Made by a program: the position numbers and the translations under genes. The notes under the pieces are model-generated. The model was not told where the DNA came from. It made no database searches and worked only from the letters and a program-made list of their open reading frames with translations. DNA of 64,000 nucleotides. It comes from Octopus sinensis (taxonomy: Eukaryota). The stretch covers positions 5,518,001 through 5,582,000 of the forward strand of contig NC_043026.1 in assembly GCF_006345805.1 (NCBI RefSeq), written 5' to 3'. This document shows, one piece after another, positions 47,801-59,014 of the stretch. Each line of letters begins with the position of its first letter. Position 1 is the first letter of the stretch.

Positions 47801-48039
47801 AAAAGAAAAGAGCATAACGAAAATATAACAAGTAAAAACTCCCAATAGGGGGAGGCGCTTCGAATGGTTACTCGTGGAAAAACCCATAAAAGCCACGGTA
47901 GCCTGGTCAAAAGGGTGGGTAGAGAGCCCCTTTCTCCTTTTATATTACCTTTTTTTTTTTACAGGTGTTGCCTCAGAATTGGTCCATTCATGTTGGCCAT
48001 TCTTCAGACATTCACCCACCTTTCAATAAATTTGCCACG

Positions 48040-48367
48040 AGACAAAAGCACTATCCGACTCGTGGCCGATGCCAGCGCCGCCTCGACTGGCTTCCGTGCC
48101 GGTGGCACGTAAAATACACCAATCCGACCGTGGCCGTCGCCAACCTTGCCTGGCACCTGTGCAGGTGGCACGTAAAAAGCACCCACTACACTCACGGAGT
48201 GGTTGGCGTTAGGAAGGGCATCCAGCTGTAGAAACACTGCCAGATAAGACCGGAGCCTGGTGCAGCCTTCTGGCTTCCCAGATCCCCGGTCGAACCGTCC
48301 AACCCATGCTAGCATGGAAAACGGACGCTAATGATGATGATGATGATGTGTGTGTATGTATGCATTT

Positions 48368-48418
<51 letters not shown>

Positions 48419-49010
48419 GTGCAGGTGGCACGTAAAAAGCACCCACTACACTCACGGAGTGGTTGGCGTTAGGAAGGGCATCCAGCTGTAGAACACTGCC
48501 AGATAAGACTGGAGCCTGGTGCAGCCTTCTGGCTTCCCAGATCCCCGGTGGAACCGTCCAACCCATGCTAGCATGGAGAACGGACATTAAACGATGATGA
48601 TGATGTGTGTGTATGTATGCATTTATATATATATATATATATATATATCTCACTACACTCACGGAGTGGTTGGCGTTAGGAAGGGCATCCAGCCGTAGAA
48701 ACACTGCCAGATTTGACTGGGCCTGATGAAGCCTTCTGGCTTCACAGACCCCAGTAGAACCGTCCAACCCATGCTAGCATGGAAAACGGACGCTAAATGA
48801 TGATGATGATGATCTCTGTGCAGGTGGCACGTAAAAAGCACCCACTACACTCACGGAGTGGTTGGCGTTAGGAAGGGCATCCAGCTGTAGAAACACTGCC
48901 AGATAAGACTGGAGCCTGGTGCAGCCTTCTGGCTTCCCAGATCCCCGGTCGAACCGTCCAACCCATGCTAGCATGGAAAACGGACGTTAAACGATGACGA
49001 TGATGATGAC
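48040..49010 (+). repeat. Four tandem RTE 3' ends with microsatellite spacers
   Basis: Conserved end at ~48190, 48450, 48660, 48850. Confidence 0.88.
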
Positions 49011-49343
49011 AGCAACTCTAACGAGCAGTCACAGTGCAAACTTCTGCCAAGGAAACACCAATGTCCTCTCAACGATTAGCTGGAGATGATTTTTAAAATG
49101 AGAATATCTGAAATAATCTTGACCGCTCTCACAAATGAAAATACTAAAAATGAACCCAACTGCTCTCAGAAATTAAGTAAAAACCCAGAAAAATAATCCA
49201 GAATCGAATGGTAATTATGGAACGTGAAGGTGGGCGTGTGGCCCATGTTTGTAATGCTGTGTTGTCTGCAGTGGGAACAGGGACAGTTTTCTCTTTGAAA
49301 GCCTTTTTTTAGTCTATCCACTGATATAGTGTCTTTATGACCA

Positions 49344-49659
49344 TTAACCCCTTACCCAACAATTATTTTGAAAATAAATGTATTTTTTCAGACATATTAT
49401 TTAATTGTTTTATTTTACTATGTTTTGAATGGTGATTTCGAGGTATATTTCAAACCTTATTTATTATGAATTTTAATTCAATAATATTGATTTTAAATTA
49501 CCGCTTTGGGCAGAAACGAGTTAACCCGTTTTTAGACGAAGGAACTCGTTTGCTGTCGATTTTGGCGAGTCTATCTTTTGACGAGTTAACTCGCCAGAGA
49601 TAGAAAAAAACGATTTTGGTCAAAACGCATATATTCGTTTCTGCCGGGTAAGGGGTTAA
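49344..49659. mobile_element. piggyBac-like MITE
   Basis: Perfect terminal inversion ttaaccccttaccc (49344-49357) / gggtaaggggttaa (49646-49659), including TTAA. Confidence 0.75.
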
Positions 49660-49850
49660 GGTCTATAGTGAAAAATTTATCCATGTGTGAAAGAAAACAG
49701 GAAGGACCTGCATAGGGTGCTGTTAAGGGAGGTTTAACAACATCGTTGCGCACAAAATGTGAGTCCAAGAAGTAGAGCTCCGTTCAAGGCAGAGCTAGAA
49801 ATGCAATCGTCAAGTAGGTACGAGGTTTTAAACAAGCGATATATTAAAAA

Positions 49851-50079
49851 CTAGCAGTATCACCCGGCATTGCTCGGGTTTGTTTCGACCCTTTAAAATT
49901 GGAATTTTTGAAAAGTAAATATTTTGCATTATGTAGCTTGTTATTCTCTTTAAGTGAACATTTTTCTGGTTGAAATACACCGAAAAATGGTGACACAGCA
50001 GTCAAAAAATCGTAAAAAATAGGGATTTTCATAGGAAAAAAGCACCTTTTTGATGTAAATAATTTTTGGTGTTAACATG
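49851..50079 (-). mobile_element. Helitron 3' fragment
   Basis: a|ctagcagtatcacccggcattgctcggg; truncated by SINE-A at ~50080-50330. Confidence 0.75.
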
Positions 50080-50567
50080 TTACGGGGACACAAACACACT
50101 AGTATCGGTTTTCAAGCGATGTTGGGGGGGGGGAGACAAACACAGACATACACACACATATATACGATGGGCTTCTTTCAGTTTCCATCTACAAAATCCA
50201 CTCACAAGGCTTTGATTGGCCCGGGGCTATAGTAAGAAGACACTTGCCCAAAGGTGCCACGCAGTGGGACTGAACCCAGAACCATGTGGTTGGTAAGCAA
50301 GATACTTACCACACAGCCACTCCTGCGCCTACTGTGTGTGTGCATGTTTTATGCTTGTGTGTCACCACACCGCTTTACAATCGGTGTTGGTTGGTTCACG
50401 TCCCCATAACTGAGCAGTTCGGCAAAACAGGAATGATGCAACAAGTATCACGAACGAAAGTATTGGTGGGGGGTTGATTTGTTCGACTAAACCACTCAAG
50501 TCGGGAGCCCAGCATGGCCGCAGTCCAATGACTGAAACAATATAGCATGCTTTATTTTATGCGTATA

Positions 50568-51481
50568 CTAGCAGTATCGCCCAGCGTTGCTCAGGTTTGT
50601 AAGGGAAATAACTATATAAGCATTTTTAGAGAGTTATAGCAAAAAAATGCATTAAAAATGGAAAAAAACTGATGGTAAATTTTTTTTTAAATCATAGACT
50701 CATCGTAGACATTTTTAGAGAGTTATTTCCCAATAGCGAAAAAATGCATTAAAACGGAAAAAAATTATGGCAATTTTTTTTTAAATCATAGACTCATCGT
50801 AGACATTTTTAGAGAGTTATTTCCCAATAGCGAAAAAATGCATTAAAACGGAAAAAAATTATGGCAATTTTTTTTTAAATCATAGACTCATCGTAGACAT
50901 TTTTAGAGAGTTATTTCCCAATAGCGAAAAAATGCATTAAAACGGAAAAAAATTATGGCAATTTTTTTTAAATCATAGACTCATCGTAGACATTTTTAGA
51001 GAGTTATTCCCAATAGCGAAAAAAATGCATTAAAACGGAAAAAAATTATGGCAATTTTTTTTAAATCATAGACTCATCGTAGACGCGCACTAATACCCAG
51101 AAGGCCTCGATATGAATCACGACTATAAGATACTTTGGTTAAGGTCTATAGTGAAAAATTTATCCATGTGTGAAAGAAAACAGGAAGGACCTGCATAGGG
51201 TGCTGTTAAGGGAGGTTTAACAACATCGTTGCGCACAAAATGTGAGTCCAAGAAGTAGAGCTCCGTTCAAGGCAGAGCTAGAAATGCAATCGTCAGTAGG
51301 TACGAGGTTTTAAACAAGCGATATATTAAAAACTAGCAGTATCACCCGGCATTGCTCGGGTTTGTTTCGACCCTTTGGTTAAGGTTAGTGGGTGCTTTGG
51401 TTAAACTGCACCGCAAAATGTGGGAGTAAGGAATCAAAATCGTAGGAGACAGACACACAACCTTACTTTTATATATAAAGA
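50568..51481 (-). mobile_element. Non-autonomous Helitron with internal ~94-bp tandem repeats and a 240-bp captured insert
   Basis: Ends a|ctag and aaga|t; collinear with 17782-18084 apart from the tandem (starts 50709, 50803, 50897, 50990) and insert 51137-51376. Confidence 0.88.
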
Positions 51482-51507
51482 TGTACGTACATGTGTATGT
51501 GTGTGTG

Positions 51508-52123
51508 TACAGGAGAACGACCTCCACATAAACCAAAGAAGTATAAGGACTTGCTGAAAGCTTCCTTAAGAGATGCTTGCATCTCTCCTGACACATGGTA
51601 AGGCATAGCTATTGATCGTAGCAGGTGGAGGAGGATTGTGCATGAGGGGACAGCCACTTTTGAGAACTCTCTAGTTGCACATGAGAAAGTAAGGAGGGAT
51701 GTCAGGAAGGGCATCACTGTTACACTTCCAGAAGGGAAGGGTCTTCCCTTGATTCTGACATGCAATGTCTGTGCAAGACCCTGCCTCAGTAAAGCTGGAC
51801 TCATGAGTCATCTTCGTAGTCATAAAACGAGACAGATGAGTGACAATCTGGCCACTGGTGGTGGTGTAACACACCATACTAATCATATCTGTCGGGCATG
51901 TGGAAGAGAGTGTAATTCGGCAGGAGGACTTAAACGACATGCAAAGGTACATGAAGCCAAGTTACAACTACAGCCGACTATTACCAGTAAAGGTCTTAGT
52001 TGCCAATTCTGTACAAGACATTGTAGATCTTTAGCTGGGCTAAAAAGCCACATTCGATCACAGCACCAGTAACAGTTAAGCTTCGTGCAATGGCCATGCT
52101 CGATAACGAAGGGGCAGCCATAA
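51508..52123 (+). pseudogene. 5'-truncated RTE/BovB-like LINE ORF2 end with three C2H2 zinc fingers
   Basis: In frame upstream of ORF 51638-52072: GERPPHKPKKYKDLLKASLRDACISPDTW*GIAIDRSRWRRIVHEG (RTE C-terminal signature, one stop); fingers CNVC..HLRSH, CRAC..HAKVH, CQFC..HIRSQH. Confidence 0.85.
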
Positions 52124-52376
52124 TGAGCCAATAAGGGAAACCTCTCTATATTAGGGTAGACCTGGCAGAAAAAGCAGCCAAACGTCCCTCAAATCATACC
52201 CACTGACTTATGTGTGTATATATGCATGTATGAACCAATGTGAGAGACATCTATATGTAAGACAGATCTGACAGAAATAGCAGCCAAAACTCCCTCAAAT
52301 CGCACCCTACTGTCTTCCGTATGTATGTATATATGTATGTATGTATGTATGTATGCATGAGCCAATGTGGTGTAAC

Positions 52377-52630
52377 ACACCATACTAATCATATCTGTCG
52401 GGCATGTGGAAGAGAGTGTAAATTCGGCAGGAGGACTTAAACGACATGCAAAGGTACATGAAGCCCAGTTACAACTACAGCCGGCTATTACCAGTAAAGG
52501 TCTTAGTTGCCAATTTTGTACAAGACATTGTAGATCTTTAGCTGGGCTAAAAAGTCACATTCGATCACAGCACCAGTAACAGTTAAGCTTCGTGCAATGG
52601 CCATACTCGATAACGAGGGGGCAGCCATAA
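52377..52630 (+). repeat. Near-identical duplicate of the last two zinc fingers and 3' UTR of the preceding LINE
   Basis: Matches 51862-52123 with a few substitutions and a 1-nt insertion. Confidence 0.9.
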
Positions 52631-52640
52631 TGTGTGTGTG

Positions 52641-53021
52641 GGCGATCTTTCGTCTCTAGTAGACCTTTCCGTCGATTTCCGTAAATCGATTTCCATACAC
52701 AGATACATGCATACATACATATACACATACACCGAGTAAAAAATTTCAGTTATCTCTTTCTTTCACACATTACTCTCTCTGTCTCTTCACACACACTAAC
52801 AGAAGCATTTCACTTACACAACATACTGTCTGTCTCCCACACCCCATCAAACACACACACACATGTACATCAATGCTTCCCATGCACGGTAACTTCAAAA
52901 GAACTTCCCTCGTCATACAATCGCTTTCTCTTAGTCTCTTTCGCTCTCATTACTTCAAAAGTTCCCGCAAGCCCATTTTACGGAAATCGACGGAAAGGTC
53001 TACTAGAGACGAAAGATCGCC
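52641..53021. mobile_element. MITE with 45-bp perfect TIRs
   Basis: ggcgatctttcgtctctagtagacctttccgtcgatttccgtaaa and its reverse complement at 52977-53021; flanks gtgtgtgtg/gtatgtgtg could be a 9-bp TSD (MULE-like, uncertain in a TG repeat). Confidence 0.8.
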
Positions 53022-53171
53022 GTATGTGTGTACATATAACGTAAAACGAATTTTTTAAAAATACGTTATTCAAGGGGAGACAACCCAATTTCCAGTCTCC
53101 TTCATAAAATTACATGAAGGGAGAGAAATCTTTCAGAACACGGTACCCCTGCTGTGTGTATACCTACACAC

Positions 53172-53500
53172 GGTACTACACGATAACAGTGGTCCCGGTG
53201 CGCGCACTCGCGCTAGCTAGTCGTGACTAGTCGATCCTACAACGACTACCAGCAAATTAAATAAAACACAAAATAAATAAATTTTTTTACACAAAATAAC
53301 TTTTTAAACAAAGTAAATAACACACAAAAACACAAAGTAAGGATAGACTAGTCACGACTAGCTTGCGCGAGTGCGCGCACCGGGACCACTGTTCTCAAGT
53401 AGTACCTAAAACACAAAATAAATAATCTTTTTACACAAAGTAAGGATCGACTAGTCACGACTAGCGAGTGCGCGCACCGGGACCACTGTCCTCAAGGAGT
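53172..53500. mobile_element. CpG-rich inverted-repeat element with duplicated right arm
   Basis: cagtggtcccggtgcgcgcactcgcg...gatcc (53188-53237) inverted at 53341-53391 and again at 53444-53488. Confidence 0.75.
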
Positions 53501-53727
53501 ACCCCTACACACATGCATTCCAGTGGAGGTGAGTTCAAAAAGAAGCTATGTACGGCCACACAGAATAAAGTGTTCAGACGAGGATGTTATCAGGTGGTCT
53601 TGAAATGAGCTAAAAATAACAGCTAAATTGCCCTTAAATAACACACACACACAACGTTTTCAGAAAATTCCAAAATATAAAAAAAGTTACGAGGGTTTTA
53701 TATGGGGAGCTTCAACAAGAATTCTGC

Positions 53728-53764
<37 letters not shown>

Positions 53765-54268
53765 CATATATGTACACTCCATGCATAACATATTCAGGTA
53801 GACGGAAGCTTTTTAAAGAATCCATCATATGTGTTCACGTGTGTCTGTGTCCGAATTTATGTCCCAGACCATCGTGTAAATAAGCCTTGGGTAAAAATAC
53901 TTTCTATCGTATAAAATCTAAAAAATTCCCTCATAAGATCAAAGGCTTGGAAGATTTCGAAAGAGATGACCAGATAACCGAAGAGATGGTGGTGTGGATT
54001 TCCACCTCGGTATCCGAAACTTAGAGTTTCATCTTGGCTATTGAATAATTGTCACATATTATTTTATGTATATATATATAATTGAATAAGGGTACAAATT
54101 GACGTTAATCAATTAAAACCAGTGGCCTAGCATATTAAAAAAAATCCGAAGATTGAAATATTTTTTACATACAAAATTTAAAGGACTGACCACTAAAAGT
54201 GGAAAATAGCGATTTTGACGTCTATATCTAGCATATTGACCGTCCACTTTTAGTGGTCAGTCCTTTAA

Positions 54269-54306
<38 letters not shown>

Positions 54307-55080
54307 TAAAGATACACACGCATAATTAGAAAAGGAATTCGAAGAGTCGAGCAGTATTCGCAGTGTACGGCTACGAAGAAAACAGTTGAGTCGTGGGTGT
54401 AAAATTAACATGTCTTTTCGAAAATCCGAGTGACATTGGGTGAAGGCTATATAATAACCAAATTCATGAGAACTGAGCACTTGGATCATATATACAGGGT
54501 TGACCAATGACCATCCGAAAGTAAATCAAGGTTCCATAAATATTATCTGTAATTCTGTATTGACTCGAATGGGGGCAAAAGGGTGTCGCTGAAGAAGGAC
54601 TTCAGTTTGAACAGTTTTAACGATGGTTCATAATTAGATGCTTTTATTAAATTCATTCAAATTGTCGAACATAAATAAATCTTGGAATTAAATGGTTTTG
54701 ATTTACTGTCAGGTGACTTTTGGTCATTATATATATATATACAAGATAAGAAAATGGAGAAATACATCTAAATCAAATATCAATTACCAGATAATACTCA
54801 ATCACATACTTTATTAGACCACCACATACAAGTGGTAAGAGACTTGATATTTGATTTAGATGTATTTCTCCATTTTCTTATCTTGTATTAGTAATTTGTG
54901 GTAAATCATTTTACCTTTGCCCATATAATACAGTAAATGAATTGATTGCATCGCAATCATTAAGTACCCAACAAAGTTAATACATAAATGTATTAACTTT
55001 GTTGGGTACTTCACTAGCAGTATATTGGATATACGTTATCTCATAGAGGGTTGCATTTACAACCCCTATCTCAATTTGTA

Positions 55081-55119
<39 letters not shown>

Positions 55120-55543
55120 AGAAGTATTGGGGGTGATGTACAGGTTTAATACATACGAAAGAAAAAAGGTGTTCAGAATGCTGGAGGGTTGTAAAAATAT
55201 ATATTTATTTACATATCACATATTATTTCTTCATATTAGCGCTTTCAACTACTCCTGTAGTTTCATCAGGAATGGTTATATATATAAACAATCTCAGGAA
55301 CAAGAAACACTGCAGTGATTAGAAACCCTAGCTACCAGTTTCATGGTAAACATGTATACACACACATCATATATATATATATACATATATACATAAGGGT
55401 ACTACATGAGTACCCTTATGTATATATGTACATATCTAATATTGTATGTATATATTTTATTAATTTGCCTGTACGGCTAATTCGCTTCCCACTTGTGATA
55501 GTATTTTAATAATACAATCCCTCTATTCATATATATATATACC

Positions 55544-55738
55544 AAGTAATTAAGGGTTTAGCAACGATTTGCCTCACCACATACCGAATTTAGAAATAGC
55601 AGTCAAAGAGTTTTGGCTATTCTTTCTACTTGAAAGGGGATCTCCCCTTTAAGTAGAAAGAATAGCCATAGCTCTTTGACTGCTATTTCTAAATTCGGTG
55701 TGTGGTGAGGCAAATCGTTGCTAAACCCTTAATTACTT
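55544..55738. repeat. 195-bp near-perfect palindrome
   Basis: ~96-bp arms with about 4 differences; centre ggggatctcccc. Confidence 0.92.
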
Positions 55739-56014
55739 AGTATTACTTAAACCTTCCTTGAATGGGGCTTTTACATGCCGAAATCTACTTGGTGAATTTA
55801 ATGATTATTCCAAATTAATTAATTTCACCCTATATTATTATTGATATATATATATATATACAATATTAGATATGTACATATATACATAAGGGTACTACAT
55901 GAGTACCCTTATGTATATATGTACATATCTAATATTGTATGTATATATTTTATTAATTTGCATGTACGGCTAATTCGCTTACCACTTGTGAGGGTATTTT
56001 AATAATACAATCCC

Positions 56015-56055
<41 letters not shown>

Positions 56056-56107
56056 TATATATATATGAACTATAGCAAAACATATAATAAAAACTTGGTT
56101 TACTTAC

Positions 56108-56330
56108 TTAGGGGTACGGCGTGTCTCGAGTGATTTGGTATATATTCTTTTTACCCGAGTCCTCCCTACTGAATATAACGGTAGACTGTAGATTAATTAT
56201 TCGTTCGTTAATTAACACAGCCAGTTATTAATTATGCCCACCAAAAACAGCCGAATCACAAATATTAATTAACCAACAAACAAGCGAGATTGAGAAATTT
56301 GGAAACACAGCTGAGAGAGAAGAATGTTGC
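56108..56330 (-). other. Candidate non-coding first exon of CDC20
   Basis: Unique sequence directly downstream of the CHR, ending at a consensus donor TAA|GTAAGTA (56107); no minus-strand ATG in 56108-56340. The ATG exon has its own acceptor at 47311, so an upstream exon is expected. TSS position is a guess. Confidence 0.45.
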
Positions 56331-56342
56331 TGTAATTGAAAA

Positions 56343-56416
56343 TTCAAAATGTACCACCTTCTCGTTGATTGGCTGAAAGTTTCTGCTGTTCTTCAATCTG
56401 ATTGGTTACCCATTGG
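56343..56416 (-). promoter_or_regulatory. Putative CDC20 G2/M promoter: CCAAT boxes at 56372-56368, 56405-56401 (and weaker 56416-56412) plus CHR TTTGAA at 56348-56343
   Basis: Minus-strand CAGCCAATCAA and TAACCAATCAG match the NF-Y consensus and are 33 bp apart; TTTGAA lies 19 nt downstream of the proximal box. All are oriented toward CDC20. Assignment to CDC20 is inference. Confidence 0.6.
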
Positions 56417-57448
56417 TACACGTTATAATTTTTTTATTTCTTTTTCGTTAATATATATTTTCGGAGTTTTTATCAAAAATAAATATCGAAAAAGATTTTC
56501 TAGATTATTTAAACTTTACAAATTTAAAAAAAATCATAAATTATGTTAATTGCCAAACCGAAAAAAAATTTCGTTGATTTCCGTAGAAAGTATTATTTCT
56601 CTGGTGACCCTTTCGGAATCCCTTTATACGTTGAATATTTACCTAATTTATTTTATGAAAAATCCCTACCGTAGGGATATCCCGAAAGCAGGTATTTAAA
56701 AAAAAAAAAAATTACTCGATGGTCTGATTCCCTTCAGGTATTTACGCATGTTTTGCCAAACCACTAACTTGCGGGGATGTAAACACACCAACACCGGTTT
56801 CAAGTGGTGGAGGAGAACAAACATGACACCGCTAGAAAAAACTGCCGGACAAACCGAAAAGATCCCCTTATTTTTTTTTTAATCTGGTACTTGTTCTATC
56901 AGACCCTTTTTGCCAAACCACTAATTTGCGGGGATGTAAACACACCAACACCGGTTTCAAGTGGTGGAGGAGAACAAACACAAACATAAAACACACGCAC
57001 ACATATATATATTCGTCTATTTTTTTTTTATTTCTTTTATTCTTTTACTTGTTTCAGTCATTTGACTGTGGCCATACTGGTGCACTACCCTGAAGCAGGG
57101 TATTTTCATATAATTTGTGATTTACATTAGGGTGGAGGTTACAGATTAGGGGTTAATATTTGGGGCAGGTGTTTCGTCCGTGAGTAATGACATGGTTCTG
57201 TGGTTAAGAAGTTTGTTTAGCAATCGTATAGTTTTGAGTTCAATCCCTCCCTCCAGCATCTTACGTAATTATAAACCTTAACCAATCAATACCTGTTGAA
57301 TTTAGTGGATAAAAACTGTGAGGGAAGTCCAGCAAGCACGCATACATTTTTATCTTTAATTTCTTTCAGTCATTTGACTGTGGCCATGCTGGAGCACCAG
57401 CTATAACGGTTTTGGTCAAATAAATCAACCCCAGGACACTTTTTTTTC

Positions 57449-57870
57449 GATCTTTTCGGTTTGAACGGCAGTTTTTAAAAATAATTTCCACGTAACTAAA
57501 CACTTTTAAACTTCGTATACTGGTAGAATGTGTTTTTTAAAACATCTTTTTATCTTGGCTTTATTGAGAAAATTCTATAGTTTGGAAGAAATTTGTTGAG
57601 TTTTTTCTTCAATTTCTGCAATTTCAACCAATCAATGACGTCTGTTGAGGTAAAAAAAAAACATTCTGTGCTGTATGAATATGTCCCTCGTTTAAGAAAC
57701 AGATTGGGTTTATTTACATTTGTGAAGAAAAAAAAGACAACCTTCCCCCCACCCCTAACCCTAACCCTAAAACAGATTGAAATGCAATAGATCGATACTA
57801 GGGTCATAATTATGGGTGACAATTTCATATGACACCGCTAGAAAAAACTGTCGTTCAAACCGAAAAGATC
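57449..57870. mobile_element. MITE with ~28-bp TIRs (gatcttttcggtttgaacggcagttttt) and an internal (CCCTAA)3, inside a SINE-A 3' half
   Basis: Right TIR aaaaactgtcgttcaaaccgaaaagatc; its right end plus flank is duplicated at 56825-57070. Confidence 0.7.
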
Positions 57871-58245
57871 CCCTTATTTCTTTTTTTTTAATCTGGTACT
57901 TGTTCTATCAGACCCTTTTTGCTAAACCACAAACTTGCGGGGACGTAAACACACCAACACCGGTCTCAAGTGGTGGAGGAGAACAAATACAAACATAGAC
58001 ACACACATACACATATGTATATATTCTTCTTTTTTTTTATTCTTTTACTTGTTTCAGTCATTTGACTGTGGCCATGCTGGAGCACCGCCTTGAAGCATTT
58101 AATCGAACAAACAGCTCTACCCCAGTTTTAACCCTTCTTTCAACCCTTTAACCTTCAGATGATATTCTGTTAAATGTAATACTTAAATGAATAAATATTC
58201 ATTGCTTGGAAATTAATCATAACATCATCTTATCACTTCAAGGTT

Positions 58246-59014
58246 GCGGCGAGCTGGCAGAACCGTTAGCACGTCGGGCGAAATGCTTAGCGGTATTTCG
58301 TCTGCCGTTATGTTCTGAGTTCAAATTCCGCCGAGGTCGACTTTGCCTTTCATCCTAACGGGGTCGGTTAAATAAGTACCAGTTACGCACTGGGGTCGAT
58401 GTAATCGACTTAATACCTATGTCTGTCCTTGTTCGTCCCCTCAGTGTTTAGCCCCTTGTGGGTAATAAAGAAATAGGTATTTCGTCTGCCGCTACGGTCT
58501 GAGTTCAAATTCCGCCAAGGTCGACTTTACCTTTCATCCTTTCGGGGTCGGTTAAATAAGTACCAGTTACGCACTGGGGTCGATATAATCGACTTAATCC
58601 GTTTGTCTGTCCTTGTTTTGTCCTCTCTGTGTTTAGCCCCTTGTGGGTAGTAAAGAAATAGGTATTTCGTCTGCCGCTACGTTCTGAGTTCAAATTCCGC
58701 CGAGGTCGACTTTGCCTTTCATCCTTTCGGGGTCGATTAAATAAGTACCAGTTAAACACTGGGGTCGATGTAATCGACTTAATCCGTTTGTCTGTCCTTG
58801 TTTGGCCCCTTGTGGGTAGTAAAGAAATAGGTATTTCTTCTGCCGCTACGTTCTGAGTTCAAATTCCGCCGATGTCGACTTTGCCTTTCATCCTTTCGGG
58901 GTCGATTAAATAAGTACCAGTTAAGCACTGGGGTCGATGTAATCGACTTAATCCGTTTGTCTGTCCTTGTTTTGTCCTCTCTGTGTTTAGCCCCTTGTGG
59001 GTAATAAAGAAATA
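58246..59014 (+). mobile_element. SINE family D tetramer (one head + three headless ~185-bp units)
   Basis: Junction aaagaaata|ggtatttc at 58476, 58661, 58830. Confidence 0.9.

Noticed and set aside
51638-52072. Stand-alone host C2H2 zinc-finger gene
   Set aside because: Starts at GTG in the ORF track, is in frame with an RTE C-terminal signature containing a stop, and lacks TGEKP linkers; treated as a LINE remnant.
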